Shown: positions 1 to 11,113 of the stretch, piece after piece | Position numbering within the stretch: the stretch's first letter is position 1 | How the letters are laid out: each line of letters begins with the position of its first letter | Notes under the pieces: model-generated | Told to the model about the DNA's origin: nothing | Databases searched by the model: none | What the model saw: the letters and a program-made list of their open reading frames with translations, nothing else | DNA from: Syntrophaceae bacterium UBA4767 | GTDB lineage: Bacteria; Desulfobacterota; Syntrophia; Syntrophales; UBA4767 | Length of the DNA: 61,608 nt | Assembly (NCBI GenBank): GCA_002403385.1 | Contig: DHHR01000079.1 | Location: forward strand, 1 to 61,608 | Reading direction: 5' to 3' | Program-made: the position numbers and the translations under genes

Positions 1-1
1 A

Positions 2-244
2 CTTAAATTTGTACAAAGCATGAGTCGCAAAGGAAATTGTTACGATAATGCTGTTACAGAGAGTTTTTTCCATACGCTAAAAACGGAGCATGTTTTCTGG
101 CGAAAATACAAAACCAGAACTGAAGCCAGACAAGACATTTTTAACTATATTGAGGTGTTTTATAATCGGGAAAGAAGGCACTCAACATTAGATTACATTT
201 CACCGGCCGATTACGAGGAAAATTGGCTGAAAAACGTTGCATGA
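2..244 (+). CDS. IS3-family transposase OrfB, C-terminal part (5' truncated by window edge)
   Basis: Open frame from base 2; [24 protein letters not shown]...[20 protein letters not shown] is the typical IS3 integrase-core C-terminus. Confidence 0.95.
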   Translation, partial: LKFVQSMSRKGNCYDNAVTESFFHTLKTEHVFWRKYKTRTEARQDIFNYIEVFYNRERRHSTLDYISPADYEENWLKNVA

Positions 245-272
245 GTGTGTCTACATTTTCGGGGTAAGATCA
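245..272. mobile_element. Right terminal inverted repeat of IS3-family element
   Basis: Reverse complement TGATCTTACCCCGAAAATGTAGACACAC resembles IS3-type ends (TGATCTTACCC...GACAC); lies directly after the transposase stop and ends in CA. Confidence 0.8.
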
Positions 273-280
273 CTTTAGGC

Positions 281-309
281 TTGACATGGCGGGTGAATTC
301 CTATAAGAT
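281..309 (+). promoter_or_regulatory. sigma70 promoter for rpsT
   Basis: TTGACA (281-286), 17 nt, TAAGAT (304-309); AGGAGG SD at 332-337. Confidence 0.75.
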
Positions 310-344
310 TACGAGGTTATTAAACATAAATAGGAGGTAAGTTT

Positions 345-614
345 TTGGCTTCGCATAAATCTGCAGAAAAAAGAATCCGACAAACGGAAAGGCGCCGCGC
401 GCGCAATGTTTCCCTGAAATCAGGTGTAAAAACCAAGATAAAAGATGTTTTGAAAGCGGTGAAAGCAAAAGATAGGGAAGCCTCCCAGACGGCGTTCGCC
501 AAGGCTATTCCGGCCATTGCCAAGGCTTCCAGCAAGGGTGTCCTGCATAAAAGAACCGCTTCACGCAAAATATCGCGCTTAACGCAAAATGTCAATCATC
601 TCCTCAACACGTAA
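345..614 (+). CDS. rpsT: 30S ribosomal protein S20
   Basis: MASHKSAEKRIRQTERRRARN...KGVLHKRTASRKISRL; TTG start after strong SD. Confidence 0.98.
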   Translation: MASHKSAEKRIRQTERRRARNVSLKSGVKTKIKDVLKAVKAKDREASQTAFAKAIPAIAKASSKGVLHKRTASRKISRLTQNVNHLLNT

Positions 615-632
615 TTTAGATCGTTTTATTTT

Positions 633-1184
633 CTAAAAACCCGACATGATGAATTGATATGCCCTCTCGGCAATGTCATTGGACAGCTTGGCGATGGCAT
701 TTTTGTGGCTGGTCTGGTTGGCGCTCTGGCTGGTTTCGCTCAGCAGGCAATCTTCGCTCTTGGAGAAACTTTTGTTTGCCCAGATTACTTTTTTTGTATC
801 TCTTTCCTCAAAGATAATTTCCATGGTAATGTTTATGCGCTCTTCCGTAACCAGGTCATTGTCTCCATAAGCGAGGGGGGACGTCGAGAAATTTTTTATA
901 TTTCCCCTGAGTATAGCATCGGCAGCTTCTGGACTTTCGGCGATTTTGAAACGGTTGCCTCGGATGAATCGGTCAACAAAAGCATTCTGAATGTAGGTTT
1001 CCAGATATGGTTCGGAAGTTCTATTTAAAAATGTCTTGACGAAAACTTTTTGAATTTGCGGGTCAATGTGCTCTCCCCGAGCGTAGAATTGGTAGCCGCA
1101 GCCGACGATTCCAATCAACAGGAAAGAAAACAACATGGCCTTGACATGTAAGAAAAACCGAATTTTCTTGCCCCTTTTATCCAT
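633..1184 (-). CDS. lptE: LPS assembly lipoprotein LptE
   Basis: Lipobox IVGCGY after a hydrophobic stretch; directly downstream of leuS (conserved context); ATG at 1184 overlaps the leuS end. Confidence 0.85.
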   Translation of the reverse strand: MDKRGKKIRFFLHVKAMLFSFLLIGIVGCGYQFYARGEHIDPQIQKVFVKTFLNRTSEPYLETYIQNAFVDRFIRGNRFKIAESPEAADAILRGNIKNFSTSPLAYGDNDLVTEERINITMEIIFEERDTKKVIWANKSFSKSEDCLLSETSQSANQTSHKNAIAKLSNDIAERAYQFIMSGF

Positions 1185-3762
1185 GGATGACGATATTGAT
1201 GAGTTTTTTCGGCACATAAATCTCTTTTAGAATCTTTTTGTCCTTGATGAATTTCAGCGCCTTCTCGTCTTCCCGCGCCAGCGCCTTGATCTTTTCCTCT
1301 TTTTCGTCGGCAGGAACATTGATGCGGCTCCTTACCTTTCCATTTACCTGGATTACGATGGTAATCTCTTCTTCCTCCGCCGCGAGGGGGTCATAGGAAG
1401 GCCAGGTAACATCGGCTAACTCGCTTTTATGTCCGAGCATCTTCCAGAGTTCTTCGGTGATATGGGGCACAATAGGGGCAAGGAGAATAACGATCGTTTC
1501 CATGGTTTCGCGGATGAGCCGGAGGGCCTTTTTATCATCGGCTGCAGGACGATTAATCTGGTACAGAAGATTGACCAGTTCCATAACGGCGCTGATGGCG
1601 GTATTGAAGTGAAATCGGTCTTCAATATCCGTGGTAACCCTTTTTATGGTTTGATGGGCTTTGCGCCTGAGATTCTTGAGCTCTCCATCCAGTTCTTCGT
1701 CAGTGGCCGAAGATTCTACGGCTTGGATATCGTCGAGATAGTCCATGATAATGCGCCATGTTCTGTTAAGAAAACGAAAGGAGCCTTCAACGCCTTGATC
1801 ACTCCACTCGAGGTCCTTTTCGGGAGGAGCGGCAAAGAGACAGAAGAGTCTTGCCGTGTCGGCGCCGTACTGATCAAGCAAATAATTGGGATCAACGATG
1901 TTTTTCAAAGATTTTGACATCTTTTCCGTTTTCCCGATAATGACATCGGTCCCGCAATGCTTACATTTCCCATTGTTTACCTCATCAGGAGAAACATATC
2001 CGTGTTGCGGACAACGCATTGTTTCCTTGCAGACCATTCCCTGGGTGAGGAGGTTGGTAAACGGTTCATCAACGCCAAGCGCTCCAAAGTCTCTGAGCGC
2101 TTTGGTGTAAAAACGGGCATATAGAAGATGAAGGATGGCATGTTCGATGCCGCCGATGTACTGATCGACAGGCATCCAGTAGTCCACCTTCCTTCTGTCC
2201 AATCCCGGTTCTTCCGAATAATCGGGACAACAGAAACGGTCAAAATACCATGAAGACTCCACGAAGGTGTCCATAGTATCTGTCTCCCGCTTTGCCTTGC
2301 CCTTGCAGCACGGACAGGTAGTTTCTATAAAAGATCTAAGCTTCGCAAGGGGTGAACCTCCTTCTCCCGTGAATTCGACGTTGCGGGGCAGCACGACGGG
2401 AAGATCGGATTCCGGAACGGGCACGGCGCCGCATTGTTCACAATTGATAACCGGTATAGGGGCGCCCCAATAGCGCTGTCGGGATATGCCCCAGTCACGC
2501 AGGCGGTACTGTACGGTTCTTTTGCCCCGGCCAATAGCTTCCAGATGTTGGGCAATAGCCTCCAGCGCTTTGGTATTTTCCATGCCGTCGAACGGCCCGG
2601 AGTGAACGAGAACACCTTCGCCGACATAAGCTTCCGTCATGGTTTCCGTATTGAGTGGTTTATCGGGGCTTTGAATGACCACCACAAGCGGGAGGTTATA
2701 TTTTTTTGCAAATTCAAAGTCACGCTGATCGTGGGTGGGAACAGCCATGACGCAGCCCGTTCCGTAATCTGCCAGAACGAAATTTGCCGCATAGATGGGC
2801 ATCTTTCTCGTAGTTAAGGGATTTAGACAATATGCGTCCAGAAAAATACCTTCTTTTTCATAGGATTCGGAAGTTCTTAAGAGCCTGTCCTGCTTCTTAA
2901 TCTTTTCTACAAACTCGCGAACATCGTTTTCTATCGCTTTTCCCTTGACCAATTCCATGACCAGCGGATGTTCGGCAGCCACGAGCATAAAAGTGGCGCC
3001 ATACAGCGTGTCCTGACGGGTTGTAAATACCTTGATGTCTCCAGAACCTTCTGCCATAGGAAAAGAAACCTCGCAGCCGCAGCTTTTGCCGATCCAGTTT
3101 TTTTGCATGGTAAGCACCCTCTCCGGCCAACCGGTGAGTTTGTCGCAGTAATCGAGAAGTTCTTCAACATAAGCAGTGATCTTGAAAAACCACTGGTCGA
3201 GCACCTTTTCTCCGACTTCGGAAGAGCATCTCCAGCACAATCCCGCCTCAACCTGTTCATTGGCTAGAACCGTCTGGCACTTTGGGCACCAGTTGACGGC
3301 GGAGGTTTTTTTATAAACCAGCCCTTTTTTATACATCCACAGAAAGAATAGTTGTTCCCATCGGTAATATTCCGGCTCACAGGTTGAGATTTCCCTGTCC
3401 CAATCATAGCTAAAGCCCATTCGCTTGAGCTGGCTTCTCATGTAAGAGATATTTTCATTGGTCCATGTTGCCGGATGAATGTCCCGTTCAATGGCGGCAT
3501 TCTCTGCCGGCATGCCAAAGGCGTCCCAGCCCATGGGGTGTAGCACGTTGAAACCTTTCATGCGTTTATATCGGGCAATCACATCTCCAATGGTGTAATT
3601 TCTGACATGGCCCATGTGAATCTTCCCCGATGGGTAAGGAAACATTTCCAGCAGGTAGTATTTCTTCTTTTGGGGATCTTCGTGGACCTTAAAAGTTTTT
3701 GCGTCTTCCCAGTATTTTTGCCATTTTCCTTCGATCTCCTGGGCATTGTACTTTCTGTTCAT
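1177..3762 (-). CDS. leuS: Leucine--tRNA ligase
   Basis: [13 protein letters not shown] (HIGH), [28 protein letters not shown]. Confidence 0.99.
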   Translation of the reverse strand: MNRKYNAQEIEGKWQKYWEDAKTFKVHEDPQKKKYYLLEMFPYPSGKIHMGHVRNYTIGDVIARYKRMKGFNVLHPMGWDAFGMPAENAAIERDIHPATWTNENISYMRSQLKRMGFSYDWDREISTCEPEYYRWEQLFFLWMYKKGLVYKKTSAVNWCPKCQTVLANEQVEAGLCWRCSSEVGEKVLDQWFFKITAYVEELLDYCDKLTGWPERVLTMQKNWIGKSCGCEVSFPMAEGSGDIKVFTTRQDTLYGATFMLVAAEHPLVMELVKGKAIENDVREFVEKIKKQDRLLRTSESYEKEGIFLDAYCLNPLTTRKMPIYAANFVLADYGTGCVMAVPTHDQRDFEFAKKYNLPLVVVIQSPDKPLNTETMTEAYVGEGVLVHSGPFDGMENTKALEAIAQHLEAIGRGKRTVQYRLRDWGISRQRYWGAPIPVINCEQCGAVPVPESDLPVVLPRNVEFTGEGGSPLAKLRSFIETTCPCCKGKAKRETDTMDTFVESSWYFDRFCCPDYSEEPGLDRRKVDYWMPVDQYIGGIEHAILHLLYARFYTKALRDFGALGVDEPFTNLLTQGMVCKETMRCPQHGYVSPDEVNNGKCKHCGTDVIIGKTEKMSKSLKNIVDPNYLLDQYGADTARLFCLFAAPPEKDLEWSDQGVEGSFRFLNRTWRIIMDYLDDIQAVESSATDEELDGELKNLRRKAHQTIKRVTTDIEDRFHFNTAISAVMELVNLLYQINRPAADDKKALRLIRETMETIVILLAPIVPHITEELWKMLGHKSELADVTWPSYDPLAAEEEEITIVIQVNGKVRSRINVPADEKEEKIKALAREDEKALKFIKDKKILKEIYVPKKLINIVIHG

Positions 3763-3864
3763 GTTGTTATCTCACCTCCGCCGTGCCTGAAACTTATGTG
3801 GGCGATATCGTCTGGATATAAGGTTCTGCTCCCATACGAAAAGCGAACTGCCGGATGCTAATGT

Positions 3865-4302
3865 CTATGAAAATCTTTCCTCTGTACCTTCTTTGCGAAA
3901 CCTGGCGTAGAGGGCGTCAAGGATGCCGTTAATAAAGGCCCCTGAATTTTCTGAACCGTAAACCTTGCCAAGCTCAATGGCTTCATTAAGGGTCGCTTTG
4001 GGAGGAATGTCTTGACAGTTCAAAAGCTCAAAAACGGCTATACGCAGGATGCTTTTATCGACACGCGATATCCTGGCAAGAGACCAATTTTCTGCGCAGG
4101 CGCTGATAAGTTCGTCTATCTTGTCTTTGTTGTTCCAAACGCCCTTGACCAGAAACGAGGAAAAATCTTTGCTTTCTGTGATGACCTGTGCTTCAAAGTT
4201 GCGCTGGAAAAGATCGATAGCTTCTTCAGCGCTGATTTTCAGAACATCAAGGCCATACAGAATCTGCAAGGCCATTTCCCTCGCTTTTCTCCTTTGGCGC
4301 AT
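3865..4302 (-). CDS. nusB: Transcription antitermination factor NusB
   Basis: RRKAREMALQILY, DKSILRIA, NEAIELGK, FINGILD; follows ribH. Confidence 0.97.
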   Translation of the reverse strand: MRQRRKAREMALQILYGLDVLKISAEEAIDLFQRNFEAQVITESKDFSSFLVKGVWNNKDKIDELISACAENWSLARISRVDKSILRIAVFELLNCQDIPPKATLNEAIELGKVYGSENSGAFINGILDALYARFRKEGTEERFS

Positions 4303-4394
4303 TGATTCCTCAGATGAATATCAGGCGCTTAACGCTACACCCTTACCGGATCTGCCTGTGCCGGCAAATGCCGCTTGCATCTACCGGCGAAAGT

Positions 4395-4859
4395 TTATAT
4401 TTTTTTAAAAAGATCAACCATCTCGATAGCCGACATTGCGGCATCCCATCCCTTATTTCCGGCTTTTGTGCCTGCCCTTTCAATGGCCTGTTCGATGGTA
4501 TCCGTCGTTAAAACGCCGAAGGCGATGGGGACTTCCGTCTCTAAGCCGACGTTGGCGATACCCTTGGCAACCTCGGCGCTGATATATTCAAAATGGGGCG
4601 TTGCTCCACGGATAACCGCTCCGAGACAGATAACGGCATCGAAACGCCCTGTTTGGGCCAGTTTTTTGGCCATGAGGGGAAGCTCGAAAGCGCCGGGCAC
4701 CTTATAGATTTGTATATCTTTTTCATCTGCTCCCGCCCTTGTCAGGGCGTCTATGGCGCCTTCAATCAATCTTCCGCAGATAAAGTCGTTGAACCGGCTT
4801 GCCACAAGACCGAATTTCATGCCCTTGGCAATAATTTTTCCCTCAATGATCTTTGACAT
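4395..4859 (-). CDS. ribH: 6,7-dimethyl-8-ribityllumazine synthase
   Basis: [33 protein letters not shown]. Confidence 0.99.
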   Translation of the reverse strand: MSKIIEGKIIAKGMKFGLVASRFNDFICGRLIEGAIDALTRAGADEKDIQIYKVPGAFELPLMAKKLAQTGRFDAVICLGAVIRGATPHFEYISAEVAKGIANVGLETEVPIAFGVLTTDTIEQAIERAGTKAGNKGWDAAMSAIEMVDLFKKI

Positions 4860-4934
4860 GGCTTTTTCTCCGTTTGGCTGGGTATCTGTTCAGTTTGCTT
4901 CAATCTATCGCTGCTGTTTCTGGAGCCAATCGTT

Positions 4935-6137
4935 TTAAATTTCCAGGATATGTCCCATTTTCTTCTTCTTGGTGGTCAGGTACCTGATGTTGTTTTCCGT
5001 CGGTTTGATCTCGATGGGAACCCGTTCGGTAACGGTCATCCCATATCCTTCCAGACCGACGATCTTTTTGGGGTTGTTGGTCATCAGGCGCATTTTCCTG
5101 ACGCCGAGATCTACGAGAATCTGTGCGCCAATGCCGTAATCCCGCAAGTCTTCTTTAAATCCCAACGCAAGATTGGCTTCCACCGTATCCATGCCCTGTT
5201 CCTGTAATTTATACGCCTTGATTTTATTGGTGAGGCCAATGCCACGACCTTCCTGATGCATATAAACAATTACGCCCTTGCCTTCCTTTTCGACCATTTT
5301 CATGGCGGTATGCAGTTGTTCGCCGCAATCGCACCTTTCCGATCCGAAAACATCCCCCGTGATACATTCCGAATGAACCCTCGTCAGAACCTCTTCCTCC
5401 GGATCAATTTCGCCCTTGACTAAGGCCAGATGTTTCATGTCATTCACATCATTTTCGTAAACGATAAGCTTAAATATACCGCCGTAGCGGGTGGGAATAA
5501 TGGCCGTCGCCGCCCTTCGGATAAGCGATTCATGTTGCAGTCGGAAATTAATCAGGTCGGCAATGGTGACGATTTTTAAGTTGTGTTGCCGGGCGAAGAC
5601 TTCCAGATCGGGCATGCGGGCCATAGCGCCATCGTCTTTCATGATTTCACATACCACGCCGGCCGGCTTCAGTTTTGCCAGACGCGCCAGATCGACGGAT
5701 CCTTCCGTTTGGCCCGCCCTGACCAAAACACCGCCTTTCTTTGCCCTGATGGGAAACACATGTCCAGGGCTGACCAGATCTTCCGCCTTTGCATCATCGG
5801 CCACGGCGGCAAGAATGGTTGTCGCCCGGTCTGCCGCTGAAATCCCCGTTGTGACCCCCCGTTTGGCCTCGATGGAAACGGTAAAGGCCGTTCCAAAACT
5901 GGATCGGTTATCCCTCACCATGGGGAGGAGGCGTAATCTGTCTGCATGTTCTTCGGTTAAGGTCAGGCAGATGAGCCCCCTGCCGTATCGCGCCATAAAG
6001 TTGATGGCTTCCGGCGTGGCAAATTCCGCCGCCATACAGAGATCGCCTTCATTTTCTCTGTCTTCATCATCCACAAGGATGATCATCTTCCCGTTTCTTA
6101 TGTCTTCAATTGCTTCTTTTATTGTTCCGATAGCCAT
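4935..6137 (-). CDS. ribBA: Bifunctional DHBP synthase / GTP cyclohydrolase II
   Basis: DDEDRENEGD, TTGISAADR, RVHSECITGDVFGSERCDCG, QEGRGIGL. Confidence 0.99.
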   Translation of the reverse strand: MAIGTIKEAIEDIRNGKMIILVDDEDRENEGDLCMAAEFATPEAINFMARYGRGLICLTLTEEHADRLRLLPMVRDNRSSFGTAFTVSIEAKRGVTTGISAADRATTILAAVADDAKAEDLVSPGHVFPIRAKKGGVLVRAGQTEGSVDLARLAKLKPAGVVCEIMKDDGAMARMPDLEVFARQHNLKIVTIADLINFRLQHESLIRRAATAIIPTRYGGIFKLIVYENDVNDMKHLALVKGEIDPEEEVLTRVHSECITGDVFGSERCDCGEQLHTAMKMVEKEGKGVIVYMHQEGRGIGLTNKIKAYKLQEQGMDTVEANLALGFKEDLRDYGIGAQILVDLGVRKMRLMTNNPKKIVGLEGYGMTVTERVPIEIKPTENNIRYLTTKKKKMGHILEI

Positions 6138-6169
6138 TAAAACCTCTCTGAGGATTTCTAAATTTTTTC

Positions 6170-6820
6170 TTACTTTTCTATAAAACCGTATTGGGCTAGA
6201 AAGTCCATGTCAATTCCCCGACGGGGAGTTTGCTTAAGGCTAAGGAATTTGTCCACATACTTGCCTATGATATCTGTTTCGATATTGACCAGATCTCCTA
6301 TGTTTTTTGTTCCCAATGTGGTGGAGGCAGCCGTATAAGAGATAATATTAACATAAAAAATATTTTTTTTACAGGTATTTACCGTTAGGCTGACGCCGTC
6401 GATGGCAACCGATCCCTTTTCCACCATGTATCTGTCCATGGTATCATCAATCCCGATACCGAAAATAATGGATCTCGATTCAACATTTCTCTCCTGGATT
6501 TTTCCCATTCCATCCACATGGCCCAGAACAATATGTCCTCCCAGAAAATCCGACAAGCGCAGCGCCTTTTCAAGGTTGATCCGGTTGCCTGCCTGAAAGA
6601 TTTTTAAATTGGTTCGAAGAAGCGTTTCTGCGGAAACATCTGCGATAAAACCCTTATTAGTTTTGCCGATAACCGTCAGACACGCTCCATTTACAGCGAT
6701 ACTATCGCCTGTTTTTATATCACTTAGCTCCATGGGAGTTTCTATCTCCAGCAGGAGGTCACTCCCCTTTTTCGTTGTTTGCTTAATTAAGCCTGTGGCT
6801 CCTATGATTCCTGTAAACAT
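6170..6820 (-). CDS. ribE: Riboflavin synthase
   Basis: MFTGII start, GDSIAVNGACLT, GGHIVLGHVD, KGSVAIDGVSLT. Confidence 0.98.
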   Translation of the reverse strand: MFTGIIGATGLIKQTTKKGSDLLLEIETPMELSDIKTGDSIAVNGACLTVIGKTNKGFIADVSAETLLRTNLKIFQAGNRINLEKALRLSDFLGGHIVLGHVDGMGKIQERNVESRSIIFGIGIDDTMDRYMVEKGSVAIDGVSLTVNTCKKNIFYVNIISYTAASTTLGTKNIGDLVNIETDIIGKYVDKFLSLKQTPRRGIDMDFLAQYGFIEK

Positions 6821-6851
6821 TTGGTATTATACAAATTGTGTAAAGGTGTTT

Positions 6852-7322
6852 CTATTTAATATCTTCTTTTTTTGTGTTCAATATCTCCTTGAGTTCTTTT
6901 ACAAAGTCACTCACATCACGAAACTGCCGGTACACGGAGGCAAATCTGACATATGCCACGCCGTCCAAGCGCTGTAATTCTTTCATAACCGCTTCACCGA
7001 TAACGGCGGAAGAAATTTCTTTTCCCTGAAATTCCTCACAGGTTTTTTTTACATCCTCTACCACGCCCTCTATGACATCAATACTGATGGGCCTTTTCTC
7101 GCAGGCCTTTTTGATGCCTGCCGTGATTTTTGTCCTGTCAAAAGGTTCCCTCCGACCATCTTTCTTGACAACCATGGGCAGCACCTCTTCCACGAATTCA
7201 TAAGTGGTGAAACGTCTGCCACAGCCAAGACATTCCCTTCGCCTCCGTATGACATCCCCGTCCTTGCTGATCCGGGAATCGATAACCTTGTTTTCTCTAC
7301 TTGTACAGAAGGGACATTTCAT
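6852..7322 (-). CDS. nrdR: Transcriptional repressor NrdR
   Basis: MKCPFC...[18 protein letters not shown] zinc ribbon, ATP cone, [11 protein letters not shown]; true start at 7322 overlaps the upstream stop. Confidence 0.98.
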   Translation of the reverse strand: MKCPFCTSRENKVIDSRISKDGDVIRRRRECLGCGRRFTTYEFVEEVLPMVVKKDGRREPFDRTKITAGIKKACEKRPISIDVIEGVVEDVKKTCEEFQGKEISSAVIGEAVMKELQRLDGVAYVRFASVYRQFRDVSDFVKELKEILNTKKEDIK

Positions 7323-7771
7323 AATTGAGACACGATAATATGGGCTTCCTCTAGCATGTTTTCCGACAGTTTGTCCATATACCCCTGCCGGTAGATTATT
7401 TTGACGATACCGGCGTTGATGATCATTTTTGCGCAGATACTGCACGGATGATTGGTGCAGTAAATGGTTGCTCCCTTAACACTCACGCCATGAAAAGCTG
7501 CCTGGATGATGGCGTTTTGTTCAGCATGAAGGCCGCGACAGAGTTCATGACGCTCGCCGGGAGGCACATTTAATTTTTCTCGTATGCAACCGATATCCGA
7601 GCAGTGGCGGAGTCCTGATGGCGCCCCATTGTATCCTGTAGCCAGAATCCTGCGGTCTTTAACGAGAACGGCTCCGACGCTGCGTCTTAAGCAGGTGGAA
7701 CGCTTGGATACGAGCGCTGCAATGTCCATGAAATATTCATCCCAACCTGGTCTGCGATTAGAAGTATTCGT
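7319..7771 (-). CDS. dCMP deaminase / ComEB-family cytidine deaminase
   Basis: [31 protein letters not shown]. The conserved RPxWDEYF N-terminus lies upstream of the first ATG (7729), so a start at ACG 7771 is proposed. Confidence 0.9.
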   Translation of the reverse strand, partial: TNTSNRRPGWDEYFMDIAALVSKRSTCLRRSVGAVLVKDRRILATGYNGAPSGLRHCSDIGCIREKLNVPPGERHELCRGLHAEQNAIIQAAFHGVSVKGATIYCTNHPCSICAKMIINAGIVKIIYRQGYMDKLSENMLEEAHIIVSQL

Positions 7772-7774
7772 AGT

Positions 7775-9028
7775 TTACCCCCTGGCGAGGCGTTCCTGAT
7801 ACAAGGGAAATTGCTCGCAAAGTGTTTTCACTTCCTCCTTGATTTCCTGAAGAGTTTTTTCATCATTTTTGTGCTTGAGACCTTCAGAAATCAGTCGAGC
7901 AATGATTTTCATCTGATATTCTTTCATTCCCCTGGTGGTCACCGCCGACGTGCCGATTCTTATGCCGCTGGTAATCTGCGGTCCTTTCGTATCAAAGGGG
8001 ATCCCATTTTTATTGACAGTTATACCAATGTGGTCGAGCGTTTCCTGAGCATCCTTGCCCGTTATATTTTTATCCGTCAAATCCACGAGCATCAGATGAT
8101 TGTCGGTGCCCCCGGAGACAAGTCGAAAGCCCTCGACAATTAATGAATCGGCCATGGCTTTGGCGTTCTTTACTATCTGGGCCTGATATGTTTTAAATTC
8201 ATCCGAAAGCGCTTCTTTGAAAGCGACTGCCTTGGCGGCAATAATATGCATCAACGGCCCGCCCTGGACGCCGGGAAATACCCTGCTGTTCAGCGCCTTG
8301 GCAAAATCCTCTTTGCACATGACAAGTCCACCGCGAGGGCCGCGGAGGGTTTTGTGGGTGGTTGAGGTGACAAATTCGCACATGGGCACGGGAGAGGGAT
8401 GCAAACCCGTTGCGACCAAACCTGCGATGTGGGCAATATCTGCCATGATGACGGCGCCGACCTGATCGGCGATTCTTCTGAACGCTTCAAAATTCAAGGT
8501 TCTTGGATACGCGCTGGCTCCAACGACAATCATCTTGGGTTTATGTTCTCTGGCCAAAGCCTCAACCTGGTTAAAATCAATGGTTTCCGTTTCTCTATCG
8601 ACGCCGTAAGGAATCACACGGTAGAGGCGTCCGGAAAAGTTTACAGGGCTTCCGTGGGAAAGATGCCCGCCATGAGATAAATTCATCCCTAAAATGGCAT
8701 CCCCGGGCTGTAACACGGAAAAATAGACGGCCATGTTTGCCTGGGTGCCGGAGTGGGGCTGCACATTGACATGCTCTGCGCCAAAAAGTTGCTTGCATCT
8801 CTCAATAGCCAGCGTCTCAGCAATATCGACGAATTCACATCCCCCGTAATATCGTTTTCCCGGATAACCTTCGGCGTATTTATTTGTCATTATACTTCCC
8901 TGGGCTTCCAGAACAGCCTCGCTGACAAAATTTTCCGAGGCGATGAGCTCGAGTTTTCCGGCCTGTCGCCGCGTTTCCTGCAATATGGCTTCGGCTATTG
9001 CCGGATCTGTTTTCGCTAAGGCAGACAT
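7775..9028 (-). CDS. glyA: Serine hydroxymethyltransferase
   Basis: [34 protein letters not shown]. Confidence 0.99.
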   Translation of the reverse strand: MSALAKTDPAIAEAILQETRRQAGKLELIASENFVSEAVLEAQGSIMTNKYAEGYPGKRYYGGCEFVDIAETLAIERCKQLFGAEHVNVQPHSGTQANMAVYFSVLQPGDAILGMNLSHGGHLSHGSPVNFSGRLYRVIPYGVDRETETIDFNQVEALAREHKPKMIVVGASAYPRTLNFEAFRRIADQVGAVIMADIAHIAGLVATGLHPSPVPMCEFVTSTTHKTLRGPRGGLVMCKEDFAKALNSRVFPGVQGGPLMHIIAAKAVAFKEALSDEFKTYQAQIVKNAKAMADSLIVEGFRLVSGGTDNHLMLVDLTDKNITGKDAQETLDHIGITVNKNGIPFDTKGPQITSGIRIGTSAVTTRGMKEYQMKIIARLISEGLKHKNDEKTLQEIKEEVKTLCEQFPLYQERLARG

Positions 9029-9067
9029 GCTGCGCTTTTCCTTAAATTATTTGGATATTTCGCTTGC

Positions 9068-9541
9068 TTACTTTATTGCAGATGCCCTGTACAGGTTTAT
9101 TTCCAGTTTTTTGATCTTGTCCAGTCTTGCCTGGTGTCTGCCGCCTTCAAAGGCTGTTTTCAGCCACATATCCACAATGGCTTTTGCCGTTTCCGGCTCG
9201 GTTCGCCTTCCTGCCAGGGCAAGAATATTGGCATCGTTATGCAATCTGCTCAGGCGGGCTCCTTCTTCATCAAGGCAAAGGGCGGCCCGGACATGGGGGA
9301 ATTTATTGGCCACAATGGTCATGCCAACACCGGAGGCGCATATCAGTATCCCTCGAAGGAATTCTCCGGAGGAGACCTTTTTTGCGACAGTGATGCCGAA
9401 ATCAGGATAATCCACAGATTCCAGAGAAAATGTTCCCTCGTCGGTTACTTCCCGACCGGAATTCACTAAAAATGTCTTTATCGTTTCTTTGAGGGAAAAT
9501 CCTGCGTGATCTGCTCCGATAATTATTTTTTCGACAGGCAT
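9068..9541 (-). CDS. rpiB: Ribose-5-phosphate isomerase B
   Basis: GADHAG, SVDYPD, ANKFPHVRAA, HNDANIL, FEGGRH. Confidence 0.97.
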   Translation of the reverse strand: MPVEKIIIGADHAGFSLKETIKTFLVNSGREVTDEGTFSLESVDYPDFGITVAKKVSSGEFLRGILICASGVGMTIVANKFPHVRAALCLDEEGARLSRLHNDANILALAGRRTEPETAKAIVDMWLKTAFEGGRHQARLDKIKKLEINLYRASAIK

Positions 9542-9548
9542 GGTTTTT

Positions 9549-10790
9549 TTAACCGGTTAATTTCCTAAATATTAATACGGCATTCGCCCCACCAAAACCG
9601 AAGGAGTTTGACATGGCAGTCCGGATTTCCCTTTTTCTTGCCGTATGAGGAACATAATCGAGGTCACATTGGGGGTCCGGGTTGTCCAGGTTGATGGTAG
9701 GGGGTATGATGCCGTCGCAAATGGCTTTTACTGAGAGGATGGCTTCCACGCCGCCGGTTGCGCCAAGAAGATGCCCCGTCATGGATTTCGTTGAACTGAC
9801 GGCAAGAGTTTTGCTGTGGTCGCCAAACAGAGAGTTGATAGCCTGAGTTTCATATATATCATTGAGGAAGGTAGATGTCCCGTGGGCATTGATATAATCA
9901 ATTTCTTCCGGCTGCAAACCGGCATCCAGCAAGGCAGCCTTCATGCACCTCAGGGCTCCTTCATGGCCGGGAGGCGGCGCTGCGATGTGAAAAGCATCGC
10001 TTGTCGAGCCATAACCAATGACTTCTGCATATATCCTGGCGCCCCTATTGACGGCGTAGGAAAGTTCCTCCAGAATCAGAAGACCGCAGCCTTCACCGAT
10101 GACAAAGCCATCCCGGTCCTTATCGAAAGGTCTGCTTGCCTTTTGGGGCTCCTCATTCCTGGTGGAAAGTGCCCTCATGGCATTGAATCCCGCCACGGAA
10201 AGAGGGCAAACAGCGGCCTCAACGCCTCCGGTGATCATTACATCTGCATAATTGTGGGCTATGATTCTGGCAGCATCGCCAATGGCGTTGGTTCCCGATG
10301 CACAGGCGGTAACGGTGCAGTTGATGGGCCCCTTGGCCCCGCAACGGATAGACACCTGCCCGGCGCCGAGATTGGCAAGAACAGAGGAAATGGTAAAAGT
10401 GGACATCCTTCTTGGACCATCATGAAGGATGGTCTCTTTTGCCTTTTCCATTGTTGCCAGACCGCCGATTGCCGAGCCGATGATGACGCCTGTCCGCAGG
10501 GCATTCGTTTCATCGATTGTCAATCCGGCATCTGCGATAGCCATTTGAGCGCAAGCAAGGGCATAAATAATAAAATCATCCAACTTTCGAAGGTCCTTTT
10601 TACTGATGAAGCTTAAAGGGTCAAAATTTTTTACTTCACCGGCAATTTTTGTCTCGTATGCGGTTGTATCAAATTTCGTTATCGTGCCGATTCCTGATTG
10701 ACCGGCGCAAATTCCCCGCCAGGTATCCTCCGCAGAATTGCCGATAGGCGTAACCGCTCCCATACCCGTTATGACGACTCGCCTTTTCAA
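9549..10790 (-). CDS. fabF: 3-oxoacyl-ACP synthase II
   Basis: RRVVITGMG, TACASG, YINAHGTST, KSMTGHLLGA, SNSFGFGG. Confidence 0.98.
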   Translation of the reverse strand: MKRRVVITGMGAVTPIGNSAEDTWRGICAGQSGIGTITKFDTTAYETKIAGEVKNFDPLSFISKKDLRKLDDFIIYALACAQMAIADAGLTIDETNALRTGVIIGSAIGGLATMEKAKETILHDGPRRMSTFTISSVLANLGAGQVSIRCGAKGPINCTVTACASGTNAIGDAARIIAHNYADVMITGGVEAAVCPLSVAGFNAMRALSTRNEEPQKASRPFDKDRDGFVIGEGCGLLILEELSYAVNRGARIYAEVIGYGSTSDAFHIAAPPPGHEGALRCMKAALLDAGLQPEEIDYINAHGTSTFLNDIYETQAINSLFGDHSKTLAVSSTKSMTGHLLGATGGVEAILSVKAICDGIIPPTINLDNPDPQCDLDYVPHTARKREIRTAMSNSFGFGGANAVLIFRKLTG

Positions 10791-10820
10791 TGGGTATGAT
10801 ACCTCCTGTGATTTGTAAGA

Positions 10821-11057
10821 TTATTGGATGCCTTTGGATTTAAGGAAGTCAATCACATCTTTTACGGCGCGGATATTTTCCAACTCTTCATCGGTGATTT
10901 GGATGCCGAAGTTTTCTTCCAATTCCATGACCAATTCCACCAGATCCAGAGAATCGGCTCCCAGATCGTTAATGAAAGAAGCCTCTAGAACGCAGTCTTC
11001 TTTTTTGATATCCAACTGCTCTGCAATAATATTGATGACCTTTTCTTCAAGTGTCAT
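10821..11057 (-). CDS. acpP: Acyl carrier protein
   Basis: [12 protein letters not shown] phosphopantetheine site. Confidence 0.98.
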   Translation of the reverse strand: MTLEEKVINIIAEQLDIKKEDCVLEASFINDLGADSLDLVELVMELEENFGIQITDEELENIRAVKDVIDFLKSKGIQ

Positions 11058-11113
11058 AAAGATACCCTCCTAAAGTGTATTTTCTGTTTTATCAAAGCGA
11101 AAAATGTGCTTAG

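Noticed and set aside
6821-6851. FMN riboswitch before the rib genes
   Set aside because: The intergenic space is far too short and has no FMN aptamer motif.
9816-10616. 266-aa ORF antisense to fabF (likewise 5491-6183, 13286-13903, 30344-30967, 39497-40108)
   Set aside because: They lie almost entirely over well-supported genes on the opposite strand and have no motifs.
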